NCBI RefSeq assembly: GCF_018977255.1
Contig: NW_024704743.1
Span: forward strand, 68,760,001 to 68,824,000
DNA: 64,000 nt
DNA from: Callorhinchus milii
Lineage: Eukaryota
Reading direction: 5' to 3'
Part shown: piece by piece, positions 53,149-64,000 of the stretch
Layout of the letters: every line of letters starts with the position of its first letter
Position numbering within the stretch: the stretch's first letter is position 1
Made by a program: the position numbers and the translations under genes
The notes under the pieces: model-generated
The model's input: only the letters and a program-made list of their open reading frames with translations
Databases searched by the model: none
Told to the model about the DNA's origin: nothing

Positions 53149-54419
53149 TTAAAAGTTATTTTCCTCTTGTCCTGCAGGTGGTCCCATCCATTGCCTGGCC
53201 AGGAATAGTGTAGTGGAAGTTGTCGGGGTGAAGCAAAAGGGAGGGTATTTGGATTGAAAGGTCTGCCGAGATCTAATCAATGGGCTGAATAGCCTCCTTC
53301 TATTCTTGTTTTCCTACAACTCAAGGTCCTGCTGTTAAGTATCCAAATCAAATCTCTCATTACCTCTACAGCAAGGTGCTGTCATTGAATGATTGAATTT
53401 GTTCCTTCCAGCTGCAAGTCAACCCAGTCCCATATTCTGCCAATGTGACTGACAGGTTTTTAAATCCACAACATTATTTGAGTGACCGATCAACCATTTA
53501 ACAATCGTCAAAGGAAAGCTGTTCCCTTTTTCAACATGGGTATTAAGTAAGTTGGATTTATAAATCATTAGCAAACATGATAATGGTGACTCGGCCAAAT
53601 GGATTTAATAATAATCATTCCTGCGTTTGATACACCATGTTTACCACAAAGCACTTCAAATAGAATTGCTTGCAAGTGTAGTGACTGGTTTATTTCTAGG
53701 CGAACCATGTACCATTTAGGACATTACTGTATGCAAATTGGCTGCTGCATTCGCCTACAAAATTACAGTGACTACACTCTACAATATATCTCGTGAAGTG
53801 TTTTGAACTGTCCTCCTGATGTGAAAAGTACTGTATCAAATGCAAGTATTATTATTATGTACCCGAACTCCCACTTTGTTTTCCTGTTGAATAAAAATTG
53901 CAGTCCAAAGTCACAAGTGAAGTGATATTAAAGTAGTATTAGCGTGGCTTAATGTCACTTGCCTTCTGATCGCTCTTCATCTATGTAGGAAATTACCATG
54001 CTTTCAATCCCTACATCCTGCTGAGATCAGAACATCACAGTCTCACTTGATCTTGTCTGCCTATACAGGCTGACCATGGAGACTGACTTTTCTTCTGTTA
54101 CATCTGACCAGATGCTCTGTATTAATACATTTTCAATAAAATTGAAACATACAACATACTTTGATCTCTGCTGCTTGAAGAAAGAGCTTTGAAGTGATGC
54201 TGGAAGATACAGTGAAATGTGTAATGAATTGCCACAGCTTAAGTGGTTTCAAATTCTGCATTGAGTCTGGTAAGGCCCTGAGCAATATAAAGCTGGCCTT
54301 CTGTGAGAAAAGCAAGTTTAAAATTGACACCAACTTCAGATACTGGAGACTATCAAGCACCAATTGCTATCAGTAATAATATTTTTGCTGTATCTTCAAA
54401 ATGTGATTTCCAATCTTTC

Positions 54420-54835
54420 ACTCTCATCCTTGCCCAGCTCTATTGGCTTCCCATCCCCAGCGGATGGAATTTAAGATCCTCGTCCTAACCTTTAAATCCC
54501 TCTATGCCTGGCACACCCTACCTCTGCGATCTGCTTAAACACTACCAACCTGCCGCTCCCTCCACTCAGCAGGTACCGACCTGCTTCATGTTCCCCGCTC
54601 CACCTACCCCACCATTGGTGGTGAGGTTTTCAGTGTATCTGTCCTCACCCTCTGGAATGCCATCCCAAAATCCCTTCGACTCACCTCTTTCCTTACCTCC
54701 TTTGTGGTCCGCCTCAAAACTTTCCTCTTTGACCGGGCTTTCGGCCACCTTTCCCCTCACCCCAACCCCTTTGGCCTCACCTCCAGCTCAAGTGCAAATC
54801 TTAGACTGCCCAGCACCTTGGTATAAAATGCAGGT
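54420..54835 (+). mobile_element. L2 3' fragment
   Basis: LAQLYWLPI and PYLCDLL motifs. Similar smaller L2 pieces at ~14410-14700, 48010-48260 (-), 50545-50800, 58340-58690 and 58735-58920. Confidence 0.8.
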
Positions 54836-55999
54836 TAACTACACTTACAATATATCCTGTGAACCTCTTTGAGACATCCATCCAACATGAAAGACACAAT
54901 AACATTTGCAAAGATTATTTATGTTTCAACATTATAGATATTAATAATGCACAAAGTATTATTATGCCATCAATGATTCAAACAGCGCAAATTCCGGCTG
55001 CTGGAGGGATACCTCAGCGTGATCAATGAATGAGGTAAGCAGACCTCATCTGAATATAACTGGAGGCTTCTGGCCTGGACAGTGAGTCTTGGCAGCCTGT
55101 GAGGCAAACATCCCAGCTGAGCCTTTTAAGTGCTGAATCGTAGCTTTTGTTTTGTGAACTTATCCAGCGGAAACTGGATTGCGGCTGCCGTTTATTTAAT
55201 TTGCCACACCCAGCAGCTGTCAGAGAAGTAAGGACTTTCAACTTTCACCTTGCACAATTCATCTTTTTAAATACCTATCTGTTGTTTCTGAGCTGCAAAG
55301 TTGTCCGTCCCTGAAGTTATCAATCAACATTTTGGAGAATTTAAATCAATGTGGTTGGCTTCTATATTATTTTGTAATAAGTGCAGTAAGGTTTATGAAA
55401 GCATTCACTGTGGGTATTGAATCCTGCAAGTACTTAGATATCCCTGGGGCTAGAATTCCTCTGGAAAACTATTTGAATGTTAAACTAATTTGTGCCTTCC
55501 GTCAGACCAAATTATTAACTGAATAACAATAATCATCCCTCTATTTGATAATGTCAAAACTTTTCAAATGGCTTGCTTGACTGTGATAAGTAATCACAGC
55601 CAAGTGTAGAGACTGTATATTTATAAGCAGAGATGACATCCTATTTGTGCACAGCAAGGCTCCAGAACAGCCATGAATCAAATTACCAATTTACCTGGAG
55701 AAACTCCCTTCTCTTTTTTAATAGCATAATGTAGTCTTTAACAACCAACCGAATGGGCAAACAGGAGGTCGGTTTAACTTCTCATGTGAAGACTGCACCT
55801 GTGACACTGCAGAAGCACCACCCAGGCACTATATAGGAGTCTTAGCCTAAACTGGGAGCAATAAAGTCCCAATATGGAGTTCAAGCCAACAGCTTTCTGA
55901 CTCAGAGGCAAAAATGCTTCTGACTGAGCTGAGTTGACAGACATCAATGAAGGCTCCTGATGCCCAGTAGGAGATCAGCATCTATTGGACTATGAGGGG

Positions 56000-56762
56000 A
56001 ATCCGTGCGCAATTTTGGCATCAGGTTTGATCCCCAGCTTTCCTTTCAGCCCCACATCCGTTCCCTGACCAGGACCACTTTTCTCCACCTTTGTCATGTA
56101 CCTCACAGCAGCCAAAACCCTCATCCACGCCTTCGTCACTTCCCAGCTGGATTATTCCAATGCCTTCTTCGCTGGTCTCCCCAGCTCCACCATACACAAA
56201 ATTCACCTAATTCAAAACTCCGCCACCCGAATACTCACCCGCACAAAACTCCATACCCCATCACATCAGTTCTTGCCAGGCTCCACTGGCTCCCAATTAC
56301 CGAACGGATCAATTTCAAGAACTTTTCATTTGTTTTCAAATCCCTTCATGCCCTCGCACCTCCTCACCTATCCAACCTGGTTACCCCCCACTCCACCACC
56401 CGCTGCTTACGCTCGGCTGATTCTTTCCTCCTGTTTGTCCCTTGTCCCCTCCGCTCCACCATCGGTGACCATGCCTCCAACAACTGCTCCCCGAAACTCT
56501 GGAACTCTGTCCCTCAATCCCTCTGTCTTGCCCCTCCCTCCCCACTTTCAAAGACAACAACTTGAACAACAACTTCCATTTATATATCGCCCTTCACACG
56601 GGATAACGTCCCGGTGCGCTTATGACTCCTAAAGACCTTGCTTTTTGTTCATGCTCATGGTTCCCTCCCTCTCCCCCTGGCTCGGCATTCGACTCTGTCA
56701 CTGTCAAGCGCACCGGGACGCTGCCCCACGTGAAGGACGCTATACAAATACAAGTTGTTGCT
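56000..56762 (+). mobile_element. L2 3' fragment
   Basis: [57 protein letters not shown]. Confidence 0.92.
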
Positions 56763-58920
56763 GCTGAGTAGCAGAGGGTCAGTCTTGGGCATCTGCAGGA
56801 TTCACAAATGCTTTTGCAAATCTAGAAAATGAGACCCTAATGTAATGTTATTCATCACTATTAGTCCCCATTTTATTGTATTTTAGTTAAAACTCACTTC
56901 AATATCTGAGAACTGGCCTCTAGAAAAATATATACAGTATAAAAATACCCAGAGTGCAAACAGAGCTCATTCAGAAGAGAAAGATACTAACACTGACAGA
57001 ACATAAAATGTATTTTCAATCTTTTTTGTCGAGAACGTAACACATATTTGGGCCTGATTTATATATGCATTTGAGAGTCAAATCGTCAAATAGCCCCTTC
57101 AATCGCTAACTATTCCTCCATTTCAAATCTGTCTCAAGATATAAATTGATTTTCATCTGTTGCGGCAATTATCCCTTTTGGATTAATCTGGAAAGACATC
57201 TGCACAAAGCAATATCTCATAGAAATATCAATTTGTTTTGCAGATTGCAGAGTGAAAGTATGATAGAGATGGAAAATTGAGAGTGTGCATAATGTGTATG
57301 TAGCACTCTAGATAGTATTAAAATTGCATTGATGGACAATTATGGATCACAATTAGTGGTGTGGTTGAAATTGTGTTAATGCCCAGGGTTGCTCTTGAAG
57401 TTTGAATTGGATGATGGATAGCTGTAATGGAAGTTGCAGTGGAAGACTGTAATGGATATGTGATGTGATGATAGTAATGATAATGATGGAAAACTCACGA
57501 CCATCTGACTCAGTCTCTCCCTTCCCTTGATCAACGCCTGTCTCTAGACATACCTCTTTGATGGCTCTTTGGTCATCTTTCTCCTCCCAACCCGATTCGG
57601 CTCCCTCCCCCTGCTTAGATGCCCAGCTAACAGTGTTAAGTGCTTTGAGACGTTCTCCTGACATGGAATATACTGTACTAGCTGTACCCGTTGCAGATAT
57701 CCTTGCAACCAAAAGATCCAATATGGAATGTAGATTGACTCACAGCCAGACATTTCATCTTTATCTATACACATCTGGGATGACTCCTGTGGGAGGATTC
57801 CTTTTGGAAGGACTCAGTGGGAGGACCCAGCGCTTCAAAAATGTAATTTTGTTTTTGATGCCGCAGCTTAGCTTCGTCTGTGTTCTTTATTTTGTTCTTG
57901 CCGCTTGGCTACGTGCGTGCTCTGTAATGCACAATGCCACAGCGCCACAGTAAGCCAGTGTGGCCACCAGGTGTAAATGTTGTGCATGCATATATACGTA
58001 GATATATACGCTACCATTGCACCACTTTGACTTGGCAGCCACCAAGTGTAGCTGTAAAATGAAAAACTGAAAATAACTCATGAATGATAGGCGATACCTG
58101 AAAACAAATATGCCCAGCTCACTCCCAAATGCAAGACCTTTCCGATGAGGTACAAATCATGTCTCTACATGAAACAGTTATTGAGATCCTTCTTGAAGCG
58201 CAGACAGACATTGTCATTTTATTAGTATAAAAGAAGTTAGAAGATGATAAATATAAATTGTAGTGTAATTGTATTGTAGTTAACATTACAATACAATTTG
58301 CATTTCTATAGCATGTTTCATATCGGGACATAGAAATTATCAATTTTAAGATTCTCACGCTCACTTTCAAAGCTTTTCATGCCCTGGCACCTCCCTATCT
58401 CTCTGACCTGCTCACACCTTACTCCATTACCCCTCGTCTTCACTGAACTGGCTTTAGTCTTTTGCATCCCCTCCACCCCACAATTGGTATTCCAAATCTT
58501 GAGAACTCCTTGGCTCAGTCCCTCATTCTTGCCTCCTCTTTGCCTCTTTTAAATCACACCTGAAGACTTTGCTCTTTGACCGTGGGTTGGGTCACCTCCC
58601 CTCCGTTTCCAGTTCAGAGTCAGACTACATATCTCTAAAACACTTTGAGATGCTAACCATGTGAAGGGCACTATATAAATCCAAGTTGTCATAATGGAAA
58701 GCTGTGTTGGAAGGTTGTAATGGAAAGTTGTAATGAGAAAGCCCTCATCAAAGTCACAAATGACATGCTCTTTTTCTCTGTGACCAATCCTCCCTCTGGC
58801 TCTTTGTCCTCCTGGATCTCTCTTCTGCCTTCAACAAAGTCAATCATGCCATCCTCCTTGACTGCCTCTCCTTCCTCAGCCACTTTAGTGGGACCGCCGC
58901 TCCTGGTTTGAATCCTACTT

Positions 58921-60944
58921 GAACATTAGAACATAAGAATTAGGAGCAGGAGTAGGCCACTTGGCCCCTTTAGCCTGCCCCGCCATTCAATAAGATCATG
59001 GCTGATCTAACTCCACCTACCAGCCTTATCCCCATATCCCTTGATCCCTTTATCCACAAGAAATCTATCTATCTAGTCTTGAATATGTTCAAGGACTGAG
59101 CATCTATAGCCCTTTGGGGTAGAGAATTCCATAAATTCACTACTCTCTGAGTGAAGAAGTTTTTCCTCAACTCAACTTACCCCTAATTTTAAGACTGTGA
59201 CCACTGGTTATAGTTTCTCCAACCAGGGGAAAAAGTTTCCCACTATCTATTCTGTCGTGCCCCTTAATAATCTTATAGGTTTCTATAAGATCACCTCTCA
59301 TTCTTCTATATTCTGGAGGATATAGGCCTAAATTGCTCAACCTATCCTCATAACTCATCCCCCTCATCCCTAGTACCAACCTAGTGAATCTACGTTGTCC
59401 CCCTCCAAGGCGAGTACATCCTTTCTTAAATAAGGAGACCAAAACTGCACACAATATTCTAGGTGCGGTCTCACCAGGGCCCTATACAGTTGCAGCAATA
59501 CTTCCCTACTCTTAAATTCTAATCCTTTTGTAACAAATGCCAACATACATTAGCCTTCCAAATTGCTTGCTGTACCTGCAAACTAACGTTTTGTGACTGG
59601 TGTACAAGGACACCCAAGTCCCTCTGAACGCAAACACTATCTAGTTTCTCCCCTTCTAAAAAATAATCTGCTCTACTGTTTTTGCCATCTATAATAATAA
59701 TAATAATCCTTGCATTTGATATAGCGCTTTTCACGTATTCTAGACGTCCCAAAGCGCTTCACAGAATATACTGTAAAGTCAATTGACTGTATATTTGTGG
59801 GCGAACGCGGCAGCCAATTGCGCACAGCAATGTCCCACAAACAGTCGTAGATTGAAAATGACCAATTTATTATTGGTTTGTTTTGGAGGGATTATTATTA
59901 GGCATGTGGAGTAAGGAAACTTGCCCAAGGTTTCGCCCTGCCTGGAATTGATCTCAGGTCTCTCGCTTGCAAAGCGAGTGCTCTAACCACTGAGCTACAG
60001 GACTCCAAATGGTACTCTAGGTGGATGACCTCACACTTCCCTACATTATACTTCATCTGCCACCTATTTGCCCACTCACCTAGCCTATCTATATCTTGTT
60101 GCATTTTTTTAATGTCATCCTCAGTGTTTACTCTCCCTCCTAGTTTAGTGTCATCTGCGAATTTGGATAAATTAAGTTCCATGTCCTCATCTAGATCGTT
60201 GATGTAGATTGTAAATAGTTGAGGCCCAAGCACTGATCCTTGTGGCACTCCACTAGTCACATCCCACCAATCTGAGAAGGACCCGGTTATCACTACTCTT
60301 TGTTTTCTTCCCATTAGCCATTCTTCAATCCACGTTAATATATTCCCTTAATTCCATGGGGCCTAATCTTGTGGATTAACCTTTTATGCGGCATCTTATC
60401 GAATGCCTTTTAGAAATCTAAATACACTACATCCACTGATTCCCCTCTGTCTAATCTACTTGATGTGTCCTCAAAAAAATCTAAAAGATTTGTTAAGCAT
60501 GACTTCTCTTTTGTAAAGCCATGTTGACTGTGTCTAATCATATTGTGATCCTCTAAGTATCCCACTACGACATCTTTAAATAAGGATTCTAGAATTTTCC
60601 CTACCACCGATGTCAGACTAACTGGTCTATAGTTCCCCATCTTTTCTCTCCCACCCTTCTTAAATAGTGGTGTGACTTTTGCAATCTTCCAATCAATGGG
60701 AACTATTCCAGAATCCAAAGAATTTTGGACGATCAGACACAAGGCCTCCACTATCTCATGAGCTACCTCTTTTAAAACCCTAGGATGCAGACCATCAGGT
60801 CCAGGGGACTTGTCACTTTTTAATGCCAACAATTTCCTGAGCACCAATTCTTTGCTAATGTAAATTTGCCTAAGTTGCTCCCTATCATTAGCCGCTTGGT
60901 TCATTTCTATTTCTGGTAAACTTCTTGTGTCTTCTAACGTGAAG
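58921..60944 (-). mobile_element. 5'-truncated CR1 LINE (RT half plus 3' UTR), interrupted by a SINE
   Basis: ORFs 60410-60904, 59898-60314, 59519-59752 and 59167-59454 carry CR1 RT motifs ([28 protein letters not shown]). The 3' tail is ttcttatgttctaatgttc near 58925. In-frame stop at 60410-60412. Confidence 0.95.
59691..60006 (-). mobile_element. Full-length young SINE (same family) inserted into the minus-strand CR1
   Basis: Reverse complement of the 44953 element. The CR1 sequence resumes on both sides (VIHL | GKNSRADY). Confidence 0.94.
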
Positions 60945-61097
60945 TTAGAATACAGTCAACATCAGTTATGGTCAAGATAGGTCAATGAACAGTCAGGAGG
61001 TCGGGGGGACAACGGAAAGAGTAGTAGTAAATACGGCATTAACCTTGAACAAAGCTATGAGATCCTTGGAACTTGTATCGACAAGGAAGCCGGTGAG

Positions 61098-61496
61098 GTG
61101 GAAGGAAAAACTACCTCTAACACTGGGGCAAAAGAGCGGATGGTTGTCGTCATTGAGGATGAGACTATTAGGCAGACAGACAGAATCATCTGCAACAGCA
61201 ACCGGAAGACCCGAAGGCTTTGTTGCCTCCCTGGGGCCAGGGTGAAGGATGTCTCGGCAGGACTAGAGGATAATTTAAAGTATGAGGGCAAGGATCTGTT
61301 GGTGGTACTTCACATAGGCACCAATGACATCGGTAGAGTAGGCCAAGATGACTCGAGAAGGGAATTCGAAGAGCTGGGGTCCAAATTGAGGTCAAGATCA
61401 TCGAAGGTAGTAATATCGGGACTACTGCCTGTACCATACGACAATTGGTACAGGAACAAACAAATTAAGGACTTGAACGCATGGCTAAAAGAGTAG
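61098..61496 (+). pseudogene. CR1 ORF1 SGNH/GDSL-esterase-like domain remnant
   Basis: CCLPGARVKDV...VVLHIGTNDIG...VVISGLLPVP...LNAWLKE. It ends at TAG where Trp is expected, and the frame continues as CGTQGF. Confidence 0.85.
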
Positions 61497-61683
61497 TGCG
61501 GAACTCAGGGGTTTCTTTTTATGGGCCATTTCTCTTTCAGAGAAAAGGGCTGCATTTAAATTGTGCTGGGACAAGTGTCATAGCTAAACGAATTAACAGG
61601 GAAATAAATAGGAATTTAAACTAGTAAAGGGGAAGGAATATATAGGTAAGAGAAACCTTAAGTTAGCATTAGAAAAAGTAAAG

Positions 61684-63591
61684 ATGACAGTGCAGAATAG
61701 CATGCCAGATAATAGGAATATGTTAACTAGGGGTAAGAAGCTTGGCAAAGTAGATAAGGAATCAAAGAGTAGAGGAAATGGTAGGAAATTAAAAATGTTA
61801 TATCTGAATGCACGAAGGGTTCGGAATAAAACTGATGAATTAAAAGCACAGATAGACACATATGGGTACGATCTAATAGCCATCACTGAAACATGGTTAC
61901 AAGGAGATCTAGGGTGGGAGTTAAATATTCCAGGGTTCTCAGTTTACAGGAAAGATAGGCACTGTGGGAAACAAGGTGGGAGGGTAGCCCTGTTAATTAG
62001 GGATGAAATAAAAGCAGTGGAGAGGAAGGATCTGAAATCCGATGACCAGGAGGTCGAGACAATATGGGTGGAAATAAAAAATAATAAAGGGCAGAAAATA
62101 TTAATGGGAGTGGTTTATAGACCCCCAAACAGTGATCACAATATAGCACAGGGTATCAATCAAGAAATCAGTGGAGCATGTAGGAAAGGTAAAGCGATAA
62201 TAGTGGGTGATTTCAATCTCCACATAGATTGGGAAAACCAAATCGGCAAAAGTAGGTCAGAAGAAGAGTTCATTGAGTGTATGAGAGATAACTTTCTAGA
62301 GCAGCATGCCGAGGAACCAACTAGGGGACAGGCCATCCTAGACCTTGTTTTGTGTAACGAAACAGGGCTAGTTGGCAGTGTAGGTATTAAGAATCCTCTA
62401 GGGCAGAGTGATCACAATATGATTGAATTCTGCATTAAGTTAGAGAGGGATATAGTTAAATCCGAGGCAAGTATTCTGAATTTAAATAGGGCTAATTTTG
62501 TAGGTATGAGGAAAGATTTAGGTAAAATAGACTGGAGAATAAGATTAAGAGGTAAAAATGTAGACCAACAGTGGCAAATATTTAAGGATGTAGTGCAAAA
62601 TTCTCAGCGGTCGCATATTCCCTTGCGGAATAAGAGTACCACAGGGAAAGCAATTCATCCGTGGCTAACTAGAGCAGTTAGGGAAAGCATCAAATTAAAA
62701 GAAAAGGCTTATAAAACTGCCAAGAAAAGCAGCAAATCTGAAGATTGGGAGAGTTTTAGAAACCAGCAAAATAAAACTAAAAAACTCATTAAGAGCGAGA
62801 AAAAGGAGTATGAGGGTAAGCTAGCTAGGAACATTAAGTCTGATTGTAAAAGTTTTTACAAATATATTAAGAGGAATAGGCTAGTGAGGGTAAATGTAGG
62901 TCCACTTCAGTCAGAGACGGGAGAAGTTGTAATGGGGGATAAGGACATGGCAGAGTCCCTAAATGGGTACTTTGCATCTGTCTTCACCCTAGAAGACACA
63001 ACAAGTCTGCCAACAATAGAGATGCACCAAGGGGATAAGGACAGGGAGCAACTTAGGGAAATTTTCATTAGTAGAGAATTGGTGCGAGGGAAACTGTTAG
63101 CACTAAAAAGTGACAAATCTCCTGGTCCGGATGGCTTGCATCCCAGGGTTTTAAAAGAGGTAGCTTATGAGATAGTGGAGGCCTTATGTCTGATCTTCCA
63201 AAATTCCTTGGATTCTGGAACAGTCCCCATGGATTGGAAGATCGCAAATGTCACACCACTATTTAAAAAAGGTGGAAAGGAAAAGATGGGGAACTATAGG
63301 CCAGTTAGTCTCACATCAGTGATAGGAAAAATTTTAGAATCATTGATTAAGGATGTGGTAGTGCGGTATTTAGGGGAGCACAATATAATTAGGCCAAGTC
63401 AACATGGCTTTACAAAAGGGAAGTCATGTTTGACAAATCTCATAGAGTTTTTTGAGGATATTTCCAGTAAACTAGATAAGGGTGAATCAGTGGATGTGGT
63501 CTATTTGGACTTCCAGAAGGCATTCGATAAGGTGCCGCATAAAAGGTTAGTCCAAAAGATAAGGGCCCATGGAATTGGGGGAGCATATTAA
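61684..63591 (+). CDS. CR1 ORF2: AP endonuclease plus N-terminal reverse transcriptase, frameshifted after HGI
   Basis: [33 protein letters not shown] (APE). [33 protein letters not shown] (RT). Confidence 0.93.
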   Translation: MTVQNSMPDNRNMLTRGKKLGKVDKESKSRGNGRKLKMLYLNARRVRNKTDELKAQIDTYGYDLIAITETWLQGDLGWELNIPGFSVYRKDRHCGKQGGRVALLIRDEIKAVERKDLKSDDQEVETIWVEIKNNKGQKILMGVVYRPPNSDHNIAQGINQEISGACRKGKAIIVGDFNLHIDWENQIGKSRSEEEFIECMRDNFLEQHAEEPTRGQAILDLVLCNETGLVGSVGIKNPLGQSDHNMIEFCIKLERDIVKSEASILNLNRANFVGMRKDLGKIDWRIRLRGKNVDQQWQIFKDVVQNSQRSHIPLRNKSTTGKAIHPWLTRAVRESIKLKEKAYKTAKKSSKSEDWESFRNQQNKTKKLIKSEKKEYEGKLARNIKSDCKSFYKYIKRNRLVRVNVGPLQSETGEVVMGDKDMAESLNGYFASVFTLEDTTSLPTIEMHQGDKDREQLREIFISRELVRGKLLALKSDKSPGPDGLHPRVLKEVAYEIVEALCLIFQNSLDSGTVPMDWKIANVTPLFKKGGKEKMGNYRPVSLTSVIGKILESLIKDVVVRYLGEHNIIRPSQHGFTKGKSCLTNLIEFFEDISSKLDKGESVDVVYLDFQKAFDKVPHKRLVQKIRAHGIGGAY

Positions 63592-64000
63592 CGTGGATTG
63601 GGGAATGGTTAACGGGTAGGAAACAAAGAGTAGGGATAAACGGGTCCTTTTCAGATTGGCGGGATGTGACTAGTGGAGTGCCACAAGGATCAGTCCTTGG
63701 GCCTCAGCTATTTACCATCTACATCAACGATCTAGATGAGGACATCGAAGTTAATATATCTAAATTTGCGGATGACACAAAACTAGGAGGAAGGGTCAAC
63801 ACAGAGGACGACAGTAAAAAATGCAGCGCGACATAGATAGGTTAGGTGATTGGGCAGGTAGGTGGCAGATGAAGTATAATGTAGGGAAGTGCAAAGTCAT
63901 CCACCTCGGTAGCAAAAACAGTAGAGCGAGTTACTTTTTAGAAGGGGAGAGATTGGAATGTGTTAGCGTCCAGAGGGACTTGGGTGTCCTTGTACACCAA

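Larger units (their letters stand above)
60947..64000 (+). mobile_element. CR1-clade LINE, 5'-truncated within ORF1, running off the window end
   Basis: ORF1 esterase remnant followed by an APE endonuclease plus RT ORF2. RT motifs [10 protein letters not shown] and KFADD (63762-63776) follow the frameshift. Confidence 0.96.

Overview
Vertebrate genomic DNA, AT-rich and dense in repeats. The mix of L2 and CR1 LINEs with tRNA-headed Deu-type SINEs suggests a cartilaginous fish, possibly elephant shark (inference). One protein-coding gene can be rebuilt by hand: a five-exon VOPP1 orthologue on the minus strand, join(39635-39582, 15835-15777, 6684-6607, 6247-6096, 2916-2726). It is 534 nt and 177 aa, with all introns GT-AG and in phase: MIRSLRAVLILVASLLIESTAAKKYCWYVDAGYPTYFICRAYEDCCGTRCCMRAFSIQRLWYFWFLLMMGVLFCCGAGFFIRRRMHPPRMIDDPPFSVGFTRHPVNTTGCQTTGGPQVGMQYYPEPGPPLHPIGTTFQIQPNAPLLNPAYPPPPAYCNQPPPPYEQVVKTLNKDAEK. 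Its upstream region is a stack of simple repeats: an 18-bp purine repeat, a (TCAC)n tract and a ~1.15-kb 22-bp minisatellite. The rest is intronic or intergenic DNA with many L2, CR1 and SINE fragments, an unclassified hairpin-rich repeat family, several palindromes, and at the right end a back-to-back pair of young CR1 elements that share a frameshift position. Almost all short ORFs in the track are spurious or repeat-derived. I found no convincing new protein-coding system. The best leads are non-coding. Repeat boundaries are approximate and were set by eye.
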